Below, in pieces: positions 46,859 through 56,597 of a stretch of 64,000 nucleotides of DNA (position 1 is its first letter; each line of letters opens with the position of its first letter). A program made the translations under genes and the position numbers. The notes under the pieces were generated by a model that saw only the letters and a program-made list of their open reading frames with translations, was not told where the DNA came from and ran no database searches. Origin of the DNA: a phage; sequence record PZ445534.1, one strand, 5' to 3'.

Positions 46859-47389
46859 ATGAACAAGTTTAAAGCTATCAACTTCATTCGTTCAAATGCT
46901 GTAATGTCAAAACCTGTAAAAGACACATACGAATTTCGCTGCAATGGGGTACACTTTGCAACCATCACTAAGTCAGAAAACGGGGCTTATTACGTACATC
47001 GTCGTAATGTTGCAACCGTTGTAGTCTCTCACTTTATGCAAGCTGTAGCGGAGTTATTACCGTTATTCTTAGAGATTTATCTAGGTGAGTGTAAAAACGT
47101 TCGTAACCACGTTAAAAACCTTTTAAACGGTTATAAAATGGCTTATGAACGTTCTATCAAGTCCTTGAACAAGTTCTATAAAGCCCCTGTAAATACTGTT
47201 TCAATGGCTTACAGTGTAAGCGGTGAGTTGGTTAGCCTCTTCGAAGTAGAAGAAATTGAACTATATGACTCACGTCCTAGCGGTTACTCTAAGACACTGG
47301 GAGAAGGATTATCTTTCAATATCAAGAACTTAGAAAAAACTTTAAAAGATATTGAAAAAGATATTGACGAAACAATAAAAAGTCTGTAA
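46859..47389 (+). CDS. early-array protein 13, hypothetical
   Basis: 176-aa ORF. Confidence 0.5.
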   Translation: MNKFKAINFIRSNAVMSKPVKDTYEFRCNGVHFATITKSENGAYYVHRRNVATVVVSHFMQAVAELLPLFLEIYLGECKNVRNHVKNLLNGYKMAYERSIKSLNKFYKAPVNTVSMAYSVSGELVSLFEVEEIELYDSRPSGYSKTLGEGLSFNIKNLEKTLKDIEKDIDETIKSL

Positions 47390-47392
47390 ATT
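47364..47392 (+). promoter_or_regulatory. sigma70-like promoter, type B cassette (TTGACG-17-TAAATT), overlapping 3' end of previous gene
   Basis: -35 47364-47369, -10 47387-47392. Confidence 0.5.
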
Positions 47393-47457
47393 ACTAATCA
47401 ACGGGGAGGGAATGACCTTCCCCACTAAATAAAACCCTTAAACTAGGAGATTCAAAA

Positions 47458-47706
47458 ATGGCAACTATCCGCGCTACTGTTAACGAGTTCGGTTTTTCCT
47501 CTCTGGATGTTAAATTTGACATTGTAGGCACTGATAACGCCTTTGAAATGGTGAAAGGTCTTATCAGTCAGACCATCAAAGGCTATAATCCTTCTAATGA
47601 GTTCTGGGAGGAAACAAAACAGGAAGTTCTTAAAGAGGGTTATTCTTTTCACTATTGGGGTGAAAAAATTGTCTCCCTGTACTACGACAAAGAAGGCACT
47701 AACTAA
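47458..47706 (+). CDS. early-array small protein 14, hypothetical
   Basis: 82-aa ORF, last gene before non-coding region. Confidence 0.5.
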   Translation: MATIRATVNEFGFSSLDVKFDIVGTDNAFEMVKGLISQTIKGYNPSNEFWEETKQEVLKEGYSFHYWGEKIVSLYYDKEGTN

Positions 47707-47744
47707 TCGACGCAGCGGGGCTAAATAGCCCCAGATACCTTTAC

Positions 47745-47770
47745 AGCCCCTTTCCCATAGGGGCTTTTTT
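47745..47770 (+). terminator. rho-independent terminator
   Basis: AGCCCC...GGGGCT stem plus TTTTTT. Confidence 0.6.
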
Positions 47771-49360
47771 ACGTCTATCCAATCCTCATACAACCCCTTT
47801 CCCTTTCCTTTCCAGAATCTTATCAGACCTTAAAAAGCAATAACTTTACAGCCTTTTACTAAGTCAATTAATTGGCCTTATTAATAAGCCCTTAAACATA
47901 AGCCAATAACCCCAGAAAGGGGGCAACCCATTTAAACGCCATATAAAGCCCTATAACGGCCTTTTTAACCTAACTTAAGGGATTGCATTACCTCACCCTT
48001 AAAAGCCCTTTATAAAGCTTCACAGAGCCTTAAAAGAATCTTATAAGGGTGTAAGCTTTATTATCTCGTTAGCTATCTTGTGAACTACTAAACAACCCCC
48101 TTGATAGTAACTGAAAAGTATGTTATAGGGGCTTTAAAGTTACTTTGAAGTAGCTTAAAAGTTACGTAAATGCTAGCCCCCTTAACATTTTCTTAACAAT
48201 TTCTTAACAATCCCTACATAGTTATGCTTTTAAGGCACTTGTTAGCAACTTGTTAGCCCCTTGTTAAATCTCTGTTAAGACCACGTAAAAGCCTTGTAAG
48301 AGTCTTTGACATAGCCTTAAAAGCTCCTGTAAAGCCCTATAAAGAGCTTTCTGTATAGTTGGGGTGTAACTACTAGGAAGAGACTTAAAAGAGCTTACAA
48401 GGAGCTATAGAGAGCTTTTAAGAGGTATGTTTAAAGAATCACTAGGGATTGGTAACAATACCAATTAAGAAGTAAAGGGAACGATAAGAAAAGAGTAGTG
48501 ACCATGTTAATAGCTTGTTAAAAAGATTAAACACTTGTTAGGAACTTGTTAATTATCTTAACAAAATAACTCTTTAAAATTAACTTCTTAGCTCTTGTTA
48601 GTCATCTGTTAAGATTCTGTAAAGCCTATTCAGCACTTGTTAATTGGTATTGTTACCAATCCCTAGAAAACTGTTAAGCCCTTGTTAGTTCTGTTAAGAA
48701 ACTGTTAAGACTTTTGAAGATTTGTTAAGAGCTTGAGAGAGTTGTTAAGAAATTGTTAAGGATATTTTAAAATTTTGCAAAGTACTTGTAAGGGAGCTGT
48801 TAAGGGCTACCAAGCAGATATACATCTTCTACAGATATTTTTCAGTTCCTTCAAAGACCCTAAAAAATGACTTGATAGTCCTATTTTATAAAAATTTTAA
48901 GATTCTGAATAATTACCTAGACAGTCTTTTAAAAATACAGGTAATAACAGGCTTATAAGATACCTTGTTAGTACCGTGTTAGACCTTGTGAGATAAGGTC
49001 TGTAAAGATATTCCTGTTAAGTTTGTTAAAACAGTCTATATAGAGGCTTAGTAATACCTAGTGAACACCTATAGAGGGTATCATAGCTAACCTAGAGATT
49101 AAGAGGTGTATAGGAGCTTCTAAGAGGGTATAGAGAGATGGTTAAGGTGATTGTATAGGTTGTTAAGAAGGCTTGTTAGAGGGCTTGTTAGAAGGGTTAT
49201 ACAGAGGGCTATTAAGACCACTAGATAGTTACTAAGATACTATATAGTACTATATAACTATATAGAGAGTAAGATTAAGAGGGTTGTTAAGAAGGATAGA
49301 TATTTTGTTCACATATGCTGGTGACCCAGAGGTTGGGACAACCGATGGAATTTTATAAAA
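47771..49360. repeat. 1.6 kb non-coding region dense in short (C/T)TGTTA(A/G)(G/C) repeats with a 24-bp perfect inverted repeat pair
   Basis: No ORF over 60 aa; more than 30 TTGTTAAG/CTGTTAAG/TTGTTAGC copies; GGGATTGGTAACAATACCAATTAA at 48445-48468 and its reverse complement at 48640-48663. Confidence 0.7.
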
Positions 49361-49398
49361 ATTAAAAAGCCCCCAATTAAGGAGGCTCTTAAGATATT

Positions 49399-50004
49399 TT
49401 AAATCAGACTTTCTAAAACTGTTTTTAGTGATGACTTGGTTGTCTGATAAAAATGAGTGAATCCGTTGTTGTTATCGAATATCTGCATCATAACAGCATC
49501 TCCCTTGATTGGGTACACTCGGATATCATAGTGAAACCCATTAAAGACAGCAGAACCATTACAGAATACACTAAAATCACTTGCTGAGATATACTCTTCA
49601 TGACCTGTGATTTTTATACAGACACCTTTACTCGGTCTCTTAGGGTTGATATCTTCCATAATAGACATACTCTGTCCACCAAGAGATACCATAGTGACCA
49701 CTTTACGGTTCTTCTGTCTGAAGTACATTTTAACCTTCTGCAAGGTGTCTTCATAGAACGGATAAGACTTCTCTACAAAGATTCCTTCAAGTGGCTCTTT
49801 ACCGTTTACAATACCTCTGGTATGGCGTACTGAGAAGATAAGTTGCTCTAGCAGGTCAAGGCTTTCTTCGGATAGTGCTTCCCGAATATCGCTCCAGTCA
49901 AGTACTAGGTAGTTACCTTCAACTTCTTTTAAGTTATCTTTTTCCATAGCTATCACACCATTATCGTAAAACTTGGTAGGCTGGTACTGCAAACTTGTTG
50001 CCAT
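49399..50004 (-). CDS. hypothetical protein
   Basis: 201-aa ORF. Confidence 0.4.
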   Translation of the reverse strand: MATSLQYQPTKFYDNGVIAMEKDNLKEVEGNYLVLDWSDIREALSEESLDLLEQLIFSVRHTRGIVNGKEPLEGIFVEKSYPFYEDTLQKVKMYFRQKNRKVVTMVSLGGQSMSIMEDINPKRPSKGVCIKITGHEEYISASDFSVFCNGSAVFNGFHYDIRVYPIKGDAVMMQIFDNNNGFTHFYQTTKSSLKTVLESLI

Positions 50005-50425
50005 TGTTCTTAATAAGGTCTTCTTCTGTTACTAAGAATGTAATCCCACATAAGTGCGTATAGTGGCTATCATACTCAAATATTTTAAGTAAGTATTTAC
50101 CATCATGATAAACAGATTCTACTACACCTTTTGCAACAATCTTTCCAGTCTTGAAATCTTTAAGAGGGTATGTATTACCGACTCTAGGGACTGTTTTCAT
50201 CTCAGGCTCTTTTAGCTTATCACCAGCTTCTACATCACCTAGCAAGTGAGAACTTTCAAAAGCTACATATTGCATATAAGCCTCTGAGCATTCCCAGATA
50301 AAACAATGTACAAGAGCCTTAGCAGCATGTCTTGAACAATTCAACTTATCACAAATCTCTTTGTACATTTCATCTTTAGTTGAGTTGTCAAGCATTGCTT
50401 TTTGAACGACTTCTTTAATTTTCAT
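49961..50425 (-). CDS. hypothetical protein
   Basis: 154-aa ORF. Confidence 0.4.
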   Translation of the reverse strand: MKIKEVVQKAMLDNSTKDEMYKEICDKLNCSRHAAKALVHCFIWECSEAYMQYVAFESSHLLGDVEAGDKLKEPEMKTVPRVGNTYPLKDFKTGKIVAKGVVESVYHDGKYLLKIFEYDSHYTHLCGITFLVTEEDLIKNNGNKFAVPAYQVLR

Positions 50426-50477
50426 TTCGCTACCTTCTAAGTTTCTACAAAGGGGCTATCAAGTAACCCCTAAGTTA

Positions 50478-50702
50478 TTACTCAGACTTTTCAGTCTTCT
50501 TGTCGGATTTCTTACTAGTCTTCTTCTCAGCTTTCTGTTCAGGCTCCTTCTCAGAAGTTGCCTTAATAACCATATCAAGAAGCTCTGATAAGTCACTCTT
50601 CAGCAAAGTAACAGGCTGCTCGTTGTAGAAGTTTTTGTCAAGATAAACTTTGAACTCTTCTATAGAAGGAAATCCAAAAATTGGTACAGGTGTCTTAATC
50701 AT
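50478..50702 (-). CDS. hypothetical protein with Lys/Glu-rich tail
   Basis: 74-aa ORF. Confidence 0.3.
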   Translation of the reverse strand: MIKTPVPIFGFPSIEEFKVYLDKNFYNEQPVTLLKSDLSELLDMVIKATSEKEPEQKAEKKTSKKSDKKTEKSE

Positions 50703-50778
50703 TGTTTAGTCTCTCCATAGGCATCTTTTAAGATTGCCTTGTTAATCATTTCAGCGATTGCAAAACGAACACATACAG

Positions 50779-51312
50779 CTATAATTGTAGGTTGCATTCT
50801 TTACTTACCTCTTCAAGTTTAACTTCAGAGTCCTTAAGTCGTTTCTTATGAACTCTGAATCTTAGTAGTGAGATTATGATACCAGCTAAAGGAACAGCAT
50901 ACAAGTACCAAACATCATATACCTTTGCAGTAATCTGTGTAATAGTCAAGTCTTGAGCTATGTAGCTGATTGCTGATACGGCTAGTAATGTTGCTAAGAA
51001 GAAAACCAGTATCATGGCAATATTCAGACAACCTCTGGCATGGTATTCATGCTTAATGCACTTATTCTTCTCTTCAACAACACTGTTGTAGTCATTTGTA
51101 AAGTCTCTGTAGAAAGCTTTCAAGTATTCTTGAGTGTAGCCTTCAAAGCAACCTGTACCGTACCAGTAATCACCACCAAAATGTGCTATGATACCGGTAT
51201 CTCCATTTGGTTTTGTTACTCTTAGGGAGACATGATGACCAGTCTTCTGGTAATCTATTTTGTATCTTTCTTCGTAAATCATTTCCCAACCCCTCTCAAT
51301 CGTTTGTTCCAT
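50779..51312 (-). CDS. hypothetical membrane protein
   Basis: Two C-terminal TM-like segments. Confidence 0.4.
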   Translation of the reverse strand: MEQTIERGWEMIYEERYKIDYQKTGHHVSLRVTKPNGDTGIIAHFGGDYWYGTGCFEGYTQEYLKAFYRDFTNDYNSVVEEKNKCIKHEYHARGCLNIAMILVFFLATLLAVSAISYIAQDLTITQITAKVYDVWYLYAVPLAGIIISLLRFRVHKKRLKDSEVKLEEVSKECNLQL

Positions 51313-51497
51313 TCAAGGTCAACAAATCTTTGCAGAACTTTCCCTCTAGGTGTTACGCCTTTTAAATCTGCATCATAGCAATGGTAAAAATCGCCTTCAG
51401 CGTACTTACCATAGCATTTTCTGATATTCTGGCTTCTGCGATACTGTTCTAACAGGGAAAGTTTGTAGTAATCTTCAACTGTAGTTAACTTTTTCAT
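51279..51497 (-). CDS. hypothetical protein
   Basis: 72-aa ORF. Confidence 0.3.
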   Translation of the reverse strand: MKKLTTVEDYYKLSLLEQYRRSQNIRKCYGKYAEGDFYHCYDADLKGVTPRGKVLQRFVDLEWNKRLRGVGK

Positions 51498-51580
51498 TCT
51501 TTTACCATGTCTCTTCTCTAGAAACTAAAAAGGGAACTACCTCTCGATAGCTCCCATCATAATCAGTTTTGTATACTCGG

Positions 51581-52162
51581 TCAAGAGTATTTTTTAGGCA
51601 GTAATGCACTGCGCTTGTTACTCTCTTCACTCAATAGTGCAATGAAATCATCACTTTTACCTTTCCACGGGCTGAATGAAGGGATGTGTTCACGGATAGC
51701 ATCAATCACTGTTTTAAGTGCTGTGTTCTTCATCCACCAATCAGAATCTGCTGATGCTACCACGTAGTATCCACCATCATCAGTTAAAATTGGCTCTGAA
51801 ATACATGGTGAAATCAAAGTGGTGATGATTGAACCATTGTTCATGTAATATGTGCGCTTAATAACCTTTTCAAGAAGCTTGTGAAGGTCACCAAACAGTG
51901 TTACAAGTTCTTTGTGGTCGATGTCTTTTTCTAGGCTTGCTCGGTACTTCAATAGTGCAGCATCAACCTCTCTGTCATTAAACTTGAAGTACTGGACTTC
52001 ATCAACAAGGCAGACACTAATGTTATTAACATTCATAGTCAACTTGCAAACTTTTGCAGGGGAATTGATACTCGGTTGAAAAAGTGCAACACACCCTTCA
52101 ATGTTTCCAAAATGTTGGACTAATGTTACTTGTGGAATGATATCCTGTTGCTCTTCGGACAT
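51581..52162 (-). CDS. hypothetical protein
   Basis: 193-aa ORF. Confidence 0.4.
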   Translation of the reverse strand: MSEEQQDIIPQVTLVQHFGNIEGCVALFQPSINSPAKVCKLTMNVNNISVCLVDEVQYFKFNDREVDAALLKYRASLEKDIDHKELVTLFGDLHKLLEKVIKRTYYMNNGSIITTLISPCISEPILTDDGGYYVVASADSDWWMKNTALKTVIDAIREHIPSFSPWKGKSDDFIALLSEESNKRSALLPKKYS

Positions 52163-52506
52163 TACAGTTTCCTCATTAAATACTTTTTAAGTTGTGTGTT
52201 AGGTTTCTCAAAAACTTCTATAGAAGATATCTTGACAGCTTCACCACGCATACCTGTATGTTTGAATATGTAATACTCTAACATCCCTATGTACTTTGCT
52301 GGTAAGTCATATTTGACATACACCGTCACAGAATCTTCAAACTCAACAACCTTTGTACCATCTTTGTAGTTGAACTCTTTAGGATGGTTGTAGTTGTCTA
52401 TATCGTACATTAAAAAGAGTCTTTTACGTTGTAAGTCAAGCTTATTTGTTAAAGACTCTTTGATATCTGAGAAGTTTTTGTACACTGTGACATGGAGCTT
52501 ACTCAT
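52162..52506 (-). CDS. hypothetical protein
   Basis: 114-aa ORF. Confidence 0.35.
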   Translation of the reverse strand: MSKLHVTVYKNFSDIKESLTNKLDLQRKRLFLMYDIDNYNHPKEFNYKDGTKVVEFEDSVTVYVKYDLPAKYIGMLEYYIFKHTGMRGEAVKISSIEVFEKPNTQLKKYLMRKL

Positions 52507-52792
52507 CGTTAAACTCTCTGACGAAGAAATAGTTGACTTTATTATTACCTACCATAAGGTCAAAGCAGGTATTTTCAAAAGGCTTGTTGTAGGCATCGTA
52601 TGCAGTGTACGTATCAGCTACTTGTTTAGTGTTGAGCTTTTTACTTGATGGGTTTAAGAGGCCACCATACAGCTTCTTGATAGCCTCTTCTACAACAGAC
52701 CAGATGATTTCGTCAGTAATTTCTTCGTACAGGTCAAGTTCACGCTCTAGTGAGAAGTCACAAATAGGGAAAACAACCTGTACTTTACTCAT
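52499..52792 (-). CDS. hypothetical protein
   Basis: 97-aa ORF. Confidence 0.35.
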   Translation of the reverse strand: MSKVQVVFPICDFSLERELDLYEEITDEIIWSVVEEAIKKLYGGLLNPSSKKLNTKQVADTYTAYDAYNKPFENTCFDLMVGNNKVNYFFVREFNDE

Positions 52793-53181
52793 TAACGAAT
52801 AACCTGTGAGACTTGAATTGCTTCAGTTACAGACAAATCACCAACTTTCTCTTCTTTGATAAAAGTGAAGGTGAGTTCAACAGGCTCTTGCTCTTCTTGC
52901 TCAACTGGAATACCGTTAAGCTCATCACGGATTGATTGAGTTGTCCAATCTTCCCCACCATCTGGATAATGGATTGCATAAAGTGGGAACTCCATGTCAT
53001 ACCAACCAAATACAGGGCAGCCATCTGCATCATCTCGCATCCTACGTAGTGTGCTACCTGAGCCTGTAAAACGAAGGCTGATATTACCATTACACTCAAA
53101 AATTACTGCATCAGCAAGACCAGCGTCTTCACGGCCATCATGGCCAAAAGTGTCAACTTTTACTTGAATCTCTTTATTCAT
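52792..53181 (-). CDS. hypothetical protein
   Basis: 129-aa ORF. Confidence 0.35.
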   Translation of the reverse strand: MNKEIQVKVDTFGHDGREDAGLADAVIFECNGNISLRFTGSGSTLRRMRDDADGCPVFGWYDMEFPLYAIHYPDGGEDWTTQSIRDELNGIPVEQEEQEPVELTFTFIKEEKVGDLSVTEAIQVSQVIR

Positions 53182-53572
53182 AGAAACCTCTCTCTGCTTG
53201 TTCGATTTTTGCTCTTAAAGCTTCGCAATGTTGTAAATGATAGTTAGCTTCTTGTTCATGTGTTGCTAACTGCCTTTCCAGAACAGTTTTATAATAACTT
53301 GCAAGTTGCTCTTTTGTCAATGGGTGCTCTGAAATAATATCAAGTCCACTTTCACCGAGAGGGTTGAATTGTCCATGTTCGTTGACATTGTAAGTCTCAA
53401 ACTTGAACAGGCCATTGTTCACAGACTCAATAGGTGACAGTTCAACAAGCTCTACAGTAAACCGTGTATATACCTTGTCACCTCTTGAAACCACATTGTT
53501 CCCGACAATGCGTACAAGCGAGCCATTACGAGTGTACTTAAAAGTCCCAAAGTCACTAGCCCAAAGTTTCAT
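53174..53572 (-). CDS. hypothetical protein
   Basis: 132-aa ORF. Confidence 0.35.
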   Translation of the reverse strand: MKLWASDFGTFKYTRNGSLVRIVGNNVVSRGDKVYTRFTVELVELSPIESVNNGLFKFETYNVNEHGQFNPLGESGLDIISEHPLTKEQLASYYKTVLERQLATHEQEANYHLQHCEALRAKIEQAERGFYE

Positions 53573-53589
53573 AGTTTTCTCCTTAGAAA

Positions 53590-53616
53590 ATAAAAAAGGC
53601 TCCAGAAGGAGCCTAT
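53590..53616 (-). terminator. rho-independent terminator (minus strand)
   Basis: AGGCTCC-AGAA-GGAGCCT hairpin with A-run on plus strand (T-run on minus). Confidence 0.55.
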
Positions 53617-53623
53617 GAAGATA

Positions 53624-54088
53624 TTACTTTGGGTATACACTGTCAAGATAAATGTCAGCTTCCATTCTACGTCTGTTTTTCAGTCCGTTTGAAGTGACCT
53701 TCTTACCTTTGACTGTAACCTTGTTCCACCACTGCATAGCTTCTGCACAACCCACCTTATTACCAGCATTGTGGCGCTTGATAAATGTGGAATCCTGCAT
53801 AGCTGTGATACCAATGTTGTATGTTTCACTTACAAGTGCGTCAAACTCATTCTGAGAAGTTGGAACATTGACGGCTTTGTTCACTGCTGCAACAAACTTT
53901 TCAACATCTGCGAGAAGATACTGTTCAGCTTGTTCAGCGGTAATCTTCATACCCATCTTAACAGGTTTTCCGTCAATACGGATTGTCCCATACCCGATTG
54001 TTGGGATTCCGGCAGAATCTTCGTAAGCCTCTAACTTCAGACCTTCAAAGAACTTAATAGCTTCTAAACCTTTTCTTGAGAGTTGCAT
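53624..54088 (-). CDS. endolysin (T4 lysozyme-like glycoside hydrolase)
   Basis: LEAIKFFEGLKLEAYEDSAGIPTIGYGT matches the phage lysozyme catalytic region (E...D...TIGYG). Confidence 0.85.
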   Translation of the reverse strand: MQLSRKGLEAIKFFEGLKLEAYEDSAGIPTIGYGTIRIDGKPVKMGMKITAEQAEQYLLADVEKFVAAVNKAVNVPTSQNEFDALVSETYNIGITAMQDSTFIKRHNAGNKVGCAEAMQWWNKVTVKGKKVTSNGLKNRRRMEADIYLDSVYPK

Positions 54089-54972
54089 TATGCCTCCCCT
54101 GCTGGATTAACTGTAACTGTTGCTGCATTAGATGTTACAGAGCCACCTGCGCCAGTAACTACACAGGTGTAGCTTCCTGAATCAGCAGCGGTTGCTCCTT
54201 CTTTGGTGTAGGTTGCAGTAGTTGCATCGAGGATGTCTTCCTCATCTTTCTTCCACTGATAACCTGTTGCACCTGTTGCCACAACATTCAACGTTAAGGT
54301 CTCACCTTCATTGATTTCTTGATTGGTTGGCTGTTGAGTGATGACAGGAAGTGCATTCACAGTCACTGTTGCTGCATCTGAGGTAACACTTGTTCCACCC
54401 TCTCCAGATACAACACAAGTGTATGAACCAGCATCAGAAGGTGCTACTGACTGTTTTGTGTAAGTTGCAGAATTGGCACTAGGGATGTCCTCACCATCCT
54501 TCTTCCACTGATATCCAGTGGCGTTAGTTGCTAGAATGCTTAGAGTAAGTGTGCCACCCTCATTGACTGTTTGACCTGTCGGTTGCTGAGTAATTGCTGG
54601 TGGCTTAATAGCATCCTTCAACTTAGCATTCAACATTGAGAACGGCTTAACTCTTGCCAACCATTCACAGTAAATTGTGTCAACATCTTTACCATTGATG
54701 ATTGCATACTGCAAATCCATGAAGAAATCAGCAGTTCTCATCTGTGCACCAACACTGTAAAGCAATTCATCACTAAATGGAACTTTGTAGTCTGGTTTGT
54801 AGTCAAACTTCTCAACTTCTGCAATATCAGCTTCAGGCCAATATGAACTATAGGTAAGTGGTAAAATAGCCTCTTGATATGTTCTAAAATCATACCTCTT
54901 ACCAGCCTTTACATTTGCAATGAAACCCTTCACAAACTCTTTGAAGTCTGGGTAAGTCTTTGCTTTAATCAT
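54088..54972 (-). CDS. protein with N-terminal domain paralogous to 54969-55340 and two Ig-like (Big-type) repeats
   Basis: Duplicated ITQQPT-N-QxxNEGxTLTLxxxATxATGYQWKKD...SYTCVV repeats. Confidence 0.5.
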   Translation of the reverse strand: MIKAKTYPDFKEFVKGFIANVKAGKRYDFRTYQEAILPLTYSSYWPEADIAEVEKFDYKPDYKVPFSDELLYSVGAQMRTADFFMDLQYAIINGKDVDTIYCEWLARVKPFSMLNAKLKDAIKPPAITQQPTGQTVNEGGTLTLSILATNATGYQWKKDGEDIPSANSATYTKQSVAPSDAGSYTCVVSGEGGTSVTSDAATVTVNALPVITQQPTNQEINEGETLTLNVVATGATGYQWKKDEEDILDATTATYTKEGATAADSGSYTCVVTGAGGSVTSNAATVTVNPAGEA

Positions 54973-55340
54973 TTCTTTTTAGCCTCTAAATGTGCGTTTA
55001 GTCTAAAATAACCTTTGTGATGCGGAGATACATCACCAACAACAATACCTTTAACCTTATAGCCTTTACCAATTACATACTGGATATCCATAAGGAATCT
55101 TCCAAGTCCAACAATATGGAACATTGGATATAATAGGTTCTCAGAATCTGGAATATTGATTTCAGGTTTGTAGGTGCATTGTTCGATTGTTGGTGTAATA
55201 TCTTCTTCAGGCCATTTGCTGAGTCTCCATGTCAAAGGTGTTGGGATAACATCATTAAGGTTGTACCTTTCACCATTTTGCACGGAATTGATATAGGATT
55301 GTAGGAAGCAATAAAAGTCTTTTGCACTCTTAGCTTTCAT
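54969..55340 (-). CDS. hypothetical protein, paralog of N-terminal domain of 54088-54972
   Basis: Shared pattern K-A-K...F...Y...GxRY...WPExDI...YKP...LLY...FxMDxQYxI. Confidence 0.45.
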   Translation of the reverse strand: MKAKSAKDFYCFLQSYINSVQNGERYNLNDVIPTPLTWRLSKWPEEDITPTIEQCTYKPEINIPDSENLLYPMFHIVGLGRFLMDIQYVIGKGYKVKGIVVGDVSPHHKGYFRLNAHLEAKKK

Positions 55341-55387
55341 TAAATATCCTTATAAATAGTTAAAGGGGCATCAGCCCCTATTCACAC

Positions 55388-55978
55388 TTAAGCTTTGGTC
55401 TTAAGTAGGTTCTTAAGTTTTTTAAGATTCATACTCTCATCAAACTTAAAACCAAATCCATTGACATAATCAATGAACTCGGATTTCTTACTAAGTGACA
55501 ATGCGTAACTCATATCAAAGTTCTTACTTGTTTCTGCGTCTGGACTAGAGTTCACATCAAATGAAATTTCTGTAGGCTCTTGCTTACTTTTTCTCATATT
55601 ATCAACCAACAAACATGTATAGTTTGCTGGATAGAAGTTTACACTACCATCAACGTAGCTGTACTTATTATTATGGATAAGGTTGGAAAATACCTTAAGG
55701 AATGTTTCTGAGTCGTGGCAAACAAGTTTGAATTGGCTGCTCTCTCCAAGCGCAACTAATGAGTACGGACTTTCACTATCAAAGTCATAATTTAGATTCG
55801 ATGCCGTCACTGTTACACGCATCAAGTTATTAGCAATAGTCTTCTGTTTAAAAGAATTTTGAACATAGTGAAGACCTCTATCACACTGATTGACTAGCTC
55901 TTTAAGCAGGTCATTTGCATATGGTGAATTAATTGATACAGAGCCATCACTATTGTAATTAAAACTTACTGTTAACAT
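55388..55978 (-). CDS. hypothetical protein
   Basis: 196-aa ORF. Confidence 0.4.
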   Translation of the reverse strand: MLTVSFNYNSDGSVSINSPYANDLLKELVNQCDRGLHYVQNSFKQKTIANNLMRVTVTASNLNYDFDSESPYSLVALGESSQFKLVCHDSETFLKVFSNLIHNNKYSYVDGSVNFYPANYTCLLVDNMRKSKQEPTEISFDVNSSPDAETSKNFDMSYALSLSKKSEFIDYVNGFGFKFDESMNLKKLKNLLKTKA

Positions 55979-56205
55979 TTTTCAGTTCTCCTGCGATTTA
56001 TAATTTTGCTGCAATAGAGAAACGAAGTAAACTCACTGGAAGAAACTACTAAGTGTTGTTCACTAGATTGAGCCATTGCCCTGAAATACATTCCAGTCAA
56101 AGCATCATAGTGACTATTCTTTCCAATTGAGGTTATATAGCCATGACTCTTTGCAGTTTGATATAAATCTATAATATCTGCGATTTCTAATTGGGAACTA
56201 CACAT
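55972..56205 (-). CDS. hypothetical protein
   Basis: 77-aa ORF. Confidence 0.3.
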   Translation of the reverse strand: MCSSQLEIADIIDLYQTAKSHGYITSIGKNSHYDALTGMYFRAMAQSSEQHLVVSSSEFTSFLYCSKIINRRRTEKC

Positions 56206-56597
56206 AGATAATCCTCTTGTCTTCTGTAATTTTGAAAGAACAGGTACAGACCAATTTCAGAGGATGAATAGTAGAGTAACTCTACCCTTTTTGATTCCTT
56301 ACAGTGATTGGTATTTTTACCTTTCTTCGGGTTGTTTGATTTTCTCATTAAGTCTCCTTTGTAGAACAAGGCAGACCTACAGCTTTAAGTAAGATGGTAC
56401 AGTAATCCATACAACAAGTCAAGAACTATTGCAAGTTAAAAAAGTTGTTGACAAAGTACTTGACAAGGTGTAGGCTTATAAATACTTAGAAGATAACTTA
56501 AAAGGTTCCTCTAAAAAGGCTATTTAAACAGATATCTTTCTGGATATCTATCTTTTATCTTAAAAGCCTTTTAAGAGGTCTTATAAGAGGCATACCA

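Noticed and set aside
47771-49360. Possibility that the TGTTAAG-rich region is a CRISPR array
   Set aside because: Repeat units are only 6-8 bp with irregular spacing, no 25-40 bp direct repeats alternating with unique spacers, and no cas genes nearby.
56187-56369. ORF 56187-56369 (-) at the start of the minus-strand block
   Set aside because: 60-aa basic ORF with no RBS that overlaps the upstream promoter-like region; not enough evidence to call.
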